64,000 bases of DNA, from the NCBI GenBank assembly GCA_041649175.1, contig JBAZNR010000001.1, positions 514,332-578,331 on the forward strand, in the 5' to 3' direction. The notes beneath the pieces are model-generated. The model was not told the DNA's origin. It worked only from the letters and a program-made list of their open reading frames with translations, and ran no database searches. The position numbers and the translations under genes are program-made. This stretch comes from Candidatus Omnitrophota bacterium (lineage in GTDB: Bacteria > Omnitrophota > Gorgyraeia > Zapsychrales > JBAZNR01). Positions 60,791-64,000 of this stretch are shown here, one piece after another; within the stretch, counting starts at the first letter, position 1; the number at the start of each line of letters is the position of its first letter.

Positions 60791-62317
60791 TTAAGTGTTT
60801 TTGATCGGTAAGGTAAAATAAAATGTTGTTCCTTGGCTGGGTTTGCTGTTGAGCCATATTTTCCCGCCATGCGCTTCTACAATATTCTTAACCAACGTGA
60901 GGCCCAAGCCGGATCCTTTAACGTTTTGGTTGATCTCATTATCAACACGGTAAAATTCATCAAATAATCGCGGGGCATCAGCTTCTTTAATGCCAATGCC
61001 GGTATCGGTGATCTCAAAAAGAACTTCATTGTTTTGACGTGTTCCTCGCAGCGTTATAGAGCCATTGACTGGCGTGAATTTAACGGCATTACCTAATAAA
61101 TTGATAAAGACCCTTTCGATCTGACTTCCATCAATCAAGAGGATCGGGATCTGATCGGCGAGATTAACGGAAAATTGAATATTCTTTTCTTTCATTTGGG
61201 GGGCTAATAGATCTCGAATATTCTCAACTAAGGTAGCAATGTTATGTTTGTCAAAAGTCATTTGAACGCGTCCGGCTTCAATACGGGAAATGTCCAAAAG
61301 GTCATTGATAAAACGTACTAAATTATCTGAATGTTTGTTGATCTTTTCCAAGCGTTCTTTAACTTCTTGCGGAATATCGCCTAGTTTTCCGGCAAGCAAA
61401 ATGGACGCATAGCCTTTGATGGATGTAAGCGGTGTACGCAGTTCGTGCGAAACAGCCGAAATGAACTCTGATTTCATTTTGCTGATGCGTTTGACCTCTT
61501 CTAAAGCTAACTCCAGTTCTCGGGTCCGGTCTTGAATGTTAGATTCCAGGTCTTGGCGAGAGTTATAAACTTGCTCAAAAAGTTGGGCATTTTCTAAAGA
61601 TTGGCCGACCTGATTGGCTAGGATCGACAAGAGCTCCTCGTCGCCCTGGGTAATGGCGGCATCTAAAGAGGCATTACCGACAAAAAGAATGCCGACCATT
61701 CCGTCTTGAGACAGGATGGGACTTAAGATGAAATGCTCAACATCAAAGATCTGGATGATCTTCTCTTTTTTTTGTTTCGGCGCGTTAAACGAAGAGAAGA
61801 TGCGCCCTTCTTTAAGGATATTTTGCGCGGAATGATCTTCGCTTAAACGTAATATTTTTTGGACGGATTCTTTTGAGAAACCTGTTTCAATACGGCATTG
61901 GAACTTTTTCTCATTATCTAAGGCCAAGATCATGCATTTTTCAAAACCTAATTCATTGACTAAAGATTTGTTTAATCGGTTAAAGATCTCGTTGGCATCT
62001 AAGGTGGTGCTAATGAGCCTGGAAGTTCTCTGCAGGGCGTCTAAGCTGGATAATCTTTTATCGAGTTCTTCTTGGGCTTTGTTGAGTTCAAGATCTGTGC
62101 GGACGATCAATTTAGCCTGCTCGTCAAGATCGTTAAAAGAGCGATTTAATTTTTCGAAAGACTTTTTAAGCTCTCGTGTTTGTTCAAGTTTTCGTAAGAG
62201 GATAGCGGCCAAAACGACGACAGCGCTAAGGCTGATGACTCCGGCAACGATCAACAAAAGATCAAGGGGGGATTTGGTAAACAGTGTTTTAAATATTTCC
62301 ATATTAGGCGATGGCAA
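60791..62317 (-). CDS. Sensor histidine kinase: N-terminal TM, coiled-coil, GAF, HisKA, HATPase_c
   Basis: H-box SHELRTPLTSIKGY, N-box NLLGNAVKFT and G-boxes DTGIGI / GSGLGLTLVKNIVEAHGG. Confidence 0.85.
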   Translation of the reverse strand: MPSPNMEIFKTLFTKSPLDLLLIVAGVISLSAVVVLAAILLRKLEQTRELKKSFEKLNRSFNDLDEQAKLIVRTDLELNKAQEELDKRLSSLDALQRTSRLISTTLDANEIFNRLNKSLVNELGFEKCMILALDNEKKFQCRIETGFSKESVQKILRLSEDHSAQNILKEGRIFSSFNAPKQKKEKIIQIFDVEHFILSPILSQDGMVGILFVGNASLDAAITQGDEELLSILANQVGQSLENAQLFEQVYNSRQDLESNIQDRTRELELALEEVKRISKMKSEFISAVSHELRTPLTSIKGYASILLAGKLGDIPQEVKERLEKINKHSDNLVRFINDLLDISRIEAGRVQMTFDKHNIATLVENIRDLLAPQMKEKNIQFSVNLADQIPILLIDGSQIERVFINLLGNAVKFTPVNGSITLRGTRQNNEVLFEITDTGIGIKEADAPRLFDEFYRVDNEINQNVKGSGLGLTLVKNIVEAHGGKIWLNSKPSQGTTFYFTLPIKNT

Positions 62318-63524
62318 AAATGGTTATTGTTCCGTTTTGCAGCTGAGAGCCTTCATTGCTTTGTTCAGATTTCAGTAAAGAGATTTCACCGTAGCTATAC
62401 ATTCCCGCGACAGGGACGGATGGACCGAAGATCTCTTTAATGCTTTTGATCTCATCGGACGAATCCCGTCCGAGCAATTTATGGCGCGTTAATGATTCAA
62501 AGATCAAAATAAGTTTTGGCTGTTTATCCGCTAAGTTTCTTTTTACATCCCAAGCGGCTTCAATGCCAGAGGATTTGCAGAAATCTTTATTATTGATCAT
62601 GACATGGACTTCTGCGCCAGCGGGAATATCGCCCCGGCAAACAAGACTACCGTCTTCTGCAATATCGATGATATCACGCAAAAGGTATTCTTTGTGATGT
62701 TCTAGATAAATTCCTAAAGGATAAAGAGCCAGCTCATTGTTGGCATGCGCTTTTTTAAGATTCTTGAAATCTAAGCTAAGATAATCCTCATAGATAGCGC
62801 AGGCTTTTTTCCCGTCGATGGTTTTAATGACATGATTGTCCACTTTGTCGACGTATCGCGGTTTTCCTAAAGGCTTCCATCCGTGGCGGCTGGCGGTTGA
62901 CACGGTCAGCTGTCCGCCCAAAAGAAGGGCAACGACGGATCTTGTGAGAGGTTTATCCTGAAAATATTGATGTGTTTCTTTAAAATGGAAAAGGTCGCTG
63001 CTTCCAGCGCCGACAATAGGGAACATTCTCCCCAGCATTTCTTGGATACCGGTAATGAACGGAGAATAATTTGCGATCAATCCATCAGAAAAAAGCAGCA
63101 TAGATTGCCGCTTGCTTTGTTCCGGGCTGCCGACGATGTTTTTTGCGAGCATTGCCCCCAAGGGGCGCAGGTCATTTTGTGCGATATTTTCCATGACGGC
63201 TGCGCTGAATTTAATATCCTGCGAACTAATGGCAATAATGGTAATTCCGCGCATTTCCACGGCTGATGAAACGATAAGCCCGGCTGTTGAGCATCCTACT
63301 ATTTTTGCGGGATTAAGGGTTTGGCGGATCACGTGAAGCGTTTCTAGCGGGCTGTAGTGAGGTGTGCAAAAAACGATGGCAACGTCAACGCTTGACTGCC
63401 GGGTTTGCGCTTTAGCTTCCAGGGCAGCCTCACGAGCGGCCAAGAGGGTTGTTAATTCGCGGCTAAAACCGATCCCGATATGTGTTTTTTCGACGGAGGA
63501 AAGATTTAGATGGCTTGATGGCAT
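62304..63524 (-). CDS. FIST-domain sensory protein
   Basis: FIST_N/FIST_C-like architecture, about 400 aa. Overlaps the downstream HK by 14 nt, consistent with an operon. Confidence 0.6.
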   Translation of the reverse strand: MPSSHLNLSSVEKTHIGIGFSRELTTLLAAREAALEAKAQTRQSSVDVAIVFCTPHYSPLETLHVIRQTLNPAKIVGCSTAGLIVSSAVEMRGITIIAISSQDIKFSAAVMENIAQNDLRPLGAMLAKNIVGSPEQSKRQSMLLFSDGLIANYSPFITGIQEMLGRMFPIVGAGSSDLFHFKETHQYFQDKPLTRSVVALLLGGQLTVSTASRHGWKPLGKPRYVDKVDNHVIKTIDGKKACAIYEDYLSLDFKNLKKAHANNELALYPLGIYLEHHKEYLLRDIIDIAEDGSLVCRGDIPAGAEVHVMINNKDFCKSSGIEAAWDVKRNLADKQPKLILIFESLTRHKLLGRDSSDEIKSIKEIFGPSVPVAGMYSYGEISLLKSEQSNEGSQLQNGTITIFAIA

Positions 63525-63679
63525 TTTTATGGTTTTCTAGAATGAAGAATCCGGATAAGAATTAACGAAACGGTTTCATTCTATCCGTTGCCTTAGGGAG
63601 TGTCAATAATTTTTGTTGACCTCGAGGGGGAATGTGATAAGATTTTAATCCACATTTGCTTTTTTACCTTTTCAGATGA

Positions 63680-63757
63680 GGCCCCATCGTCTAGCCTGGT
63701 CCAGGACGTCTGCTTCTCAGGCAGAAAACACGAGTTCGAATCTCGTTGGGGCTACCA
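63680..63757 (+). tRNA. tRNA-Glu (anticodon CTC), CCA encoded
   Basis: ggccccatcgtctagcctggtccaggacg...ttCTCag anticodon loop...cgagttcgaatctcg T-arm...tggggctacca. Confidence 0.8.
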
Positions 63758-63783
63758 AATATAAAATAATCAGGAAAAAATCA

Positions 63784-64000
63784 ATGCGCTATCTGTTTTT
63801 TACGATATGTATTTTCTTATCAGCCAGCAATGTCTTTGCCGCCATTCATACGGAAACTGTGGAATACAAACAAGGTGATGTTCTTTTGGAAGGTTATTTG
63901 GCGTATGATGACGCGCTCGCAGGCAAGCGTCCCGGGGTTCTAGTTGTTCACGAGTGGAAAGGCATTGTTCCTTACACAAAAACGCGGGCTGAAAAACTGG
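63784..64000 (+). CDS. Dienelactone-hydrolase-family protein (3' partial at window edge)
   Basis: Signal peptide plus the ...GKRPGVLVVHEWKGI block typical of DLH-family carboxymethylenebutenolidases. Confidence 0.5.
   Translation, partial: MRYLFFTICIFLSASNVFAAIHTETVEYKQGDVLLEGYLAYDDALAGKRPGVLVVHEWKGIVPYTKTRAEKL

Noticed and set aside
1-64000. CRISPR arrays, transposases, integrases, phage structural genes
   Set aside because: No regularly spaced direct repeats and no recognisable mobile-element proteins were seen. The only mobility hint is the 24-bp tRNA-Leu duplication.

Overview
This 64 kb window is chromosomal and bacterial. GC is moderate to low and nearly all genes are on the + strand. 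The organism appears diderm (outer-membrane porin, lipoproteins) but carries Firmicutes-like rny and ymdB; it is of uncertain phylum, possibly a candidate-phylum lineage. Window contents, in order:

- **Start of window:** rny (5' partial) - ymdB - PilZ - gltX - a small entericidin-like lipoprotein missed by the ORF track - tRNA-Gln.
- **Pho regulon (~3.8-12.2 kb):** phoB/phoR-like two-component system, a Pho-box-like repeat, an OprO/P-like porin, pstSCAB-phoU.
- **cspA** with a structured leader.
- **Envelope proteins:** a MORN-repeat/beta-barrel protein and a small acidic secreted protein.
- **The outstanding feature:** a single uninterrupted 8.85 kb ORF (15270..24122) encoding a 2950-aa protein. 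It fuses, in order:
  - a signal-peptide-like N-terminus and an unknown domain of about 400 aa;
  - a long-form isocitrate lyase (exact [17 protein letters not shown] and SPSFNW signatures);
  - a GlpX-like class II fructose-1,6-bisphosphatase domain;
  - malate synthase (GRWDYI and WVAHPG motifs);
  - a SerC-like class V aminotransferase;
  - a low-complexity Pro-rich tail.
  
  This would be a glyoxylate-shunt / gluconeogenesis / serine mega-enzyme, which I do not recognise as a described architecture.
- **Immediately downstream:** a PG-binding lipoprotein, sucCD, two leaderless-looking genes with a duplicated promoter, a Pta-N-terminal-like DRTGG protein, thiolase and cstA (minus strand).
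- **Nitrogen/glutamine supercluster (~31.8-57.5 kb):** GAF-GAF-ANTAR regulator, a terminator-rich leader, amtB-glnK, glnN (GS type III), GATase1, Gln-dependent nadE, a stand-alone Fis-like HTH coupled to gltB, gltD, an archaeal-type GltS-like FMN protein, then carA-carB-purF-pyrG.
- **End of window:** tRNA-Leu with a 24-bp 3'-end duplication, a membrane protein, rpe, a Flp-like pilin, a minus-strand FIST-HK(GAF)-RR(GGDDF) module, tRNA-Glu and a partial dienelactone-hydrolase-like gene.

No CRISPR arrays, transposases or obvious prophage genes were seen.
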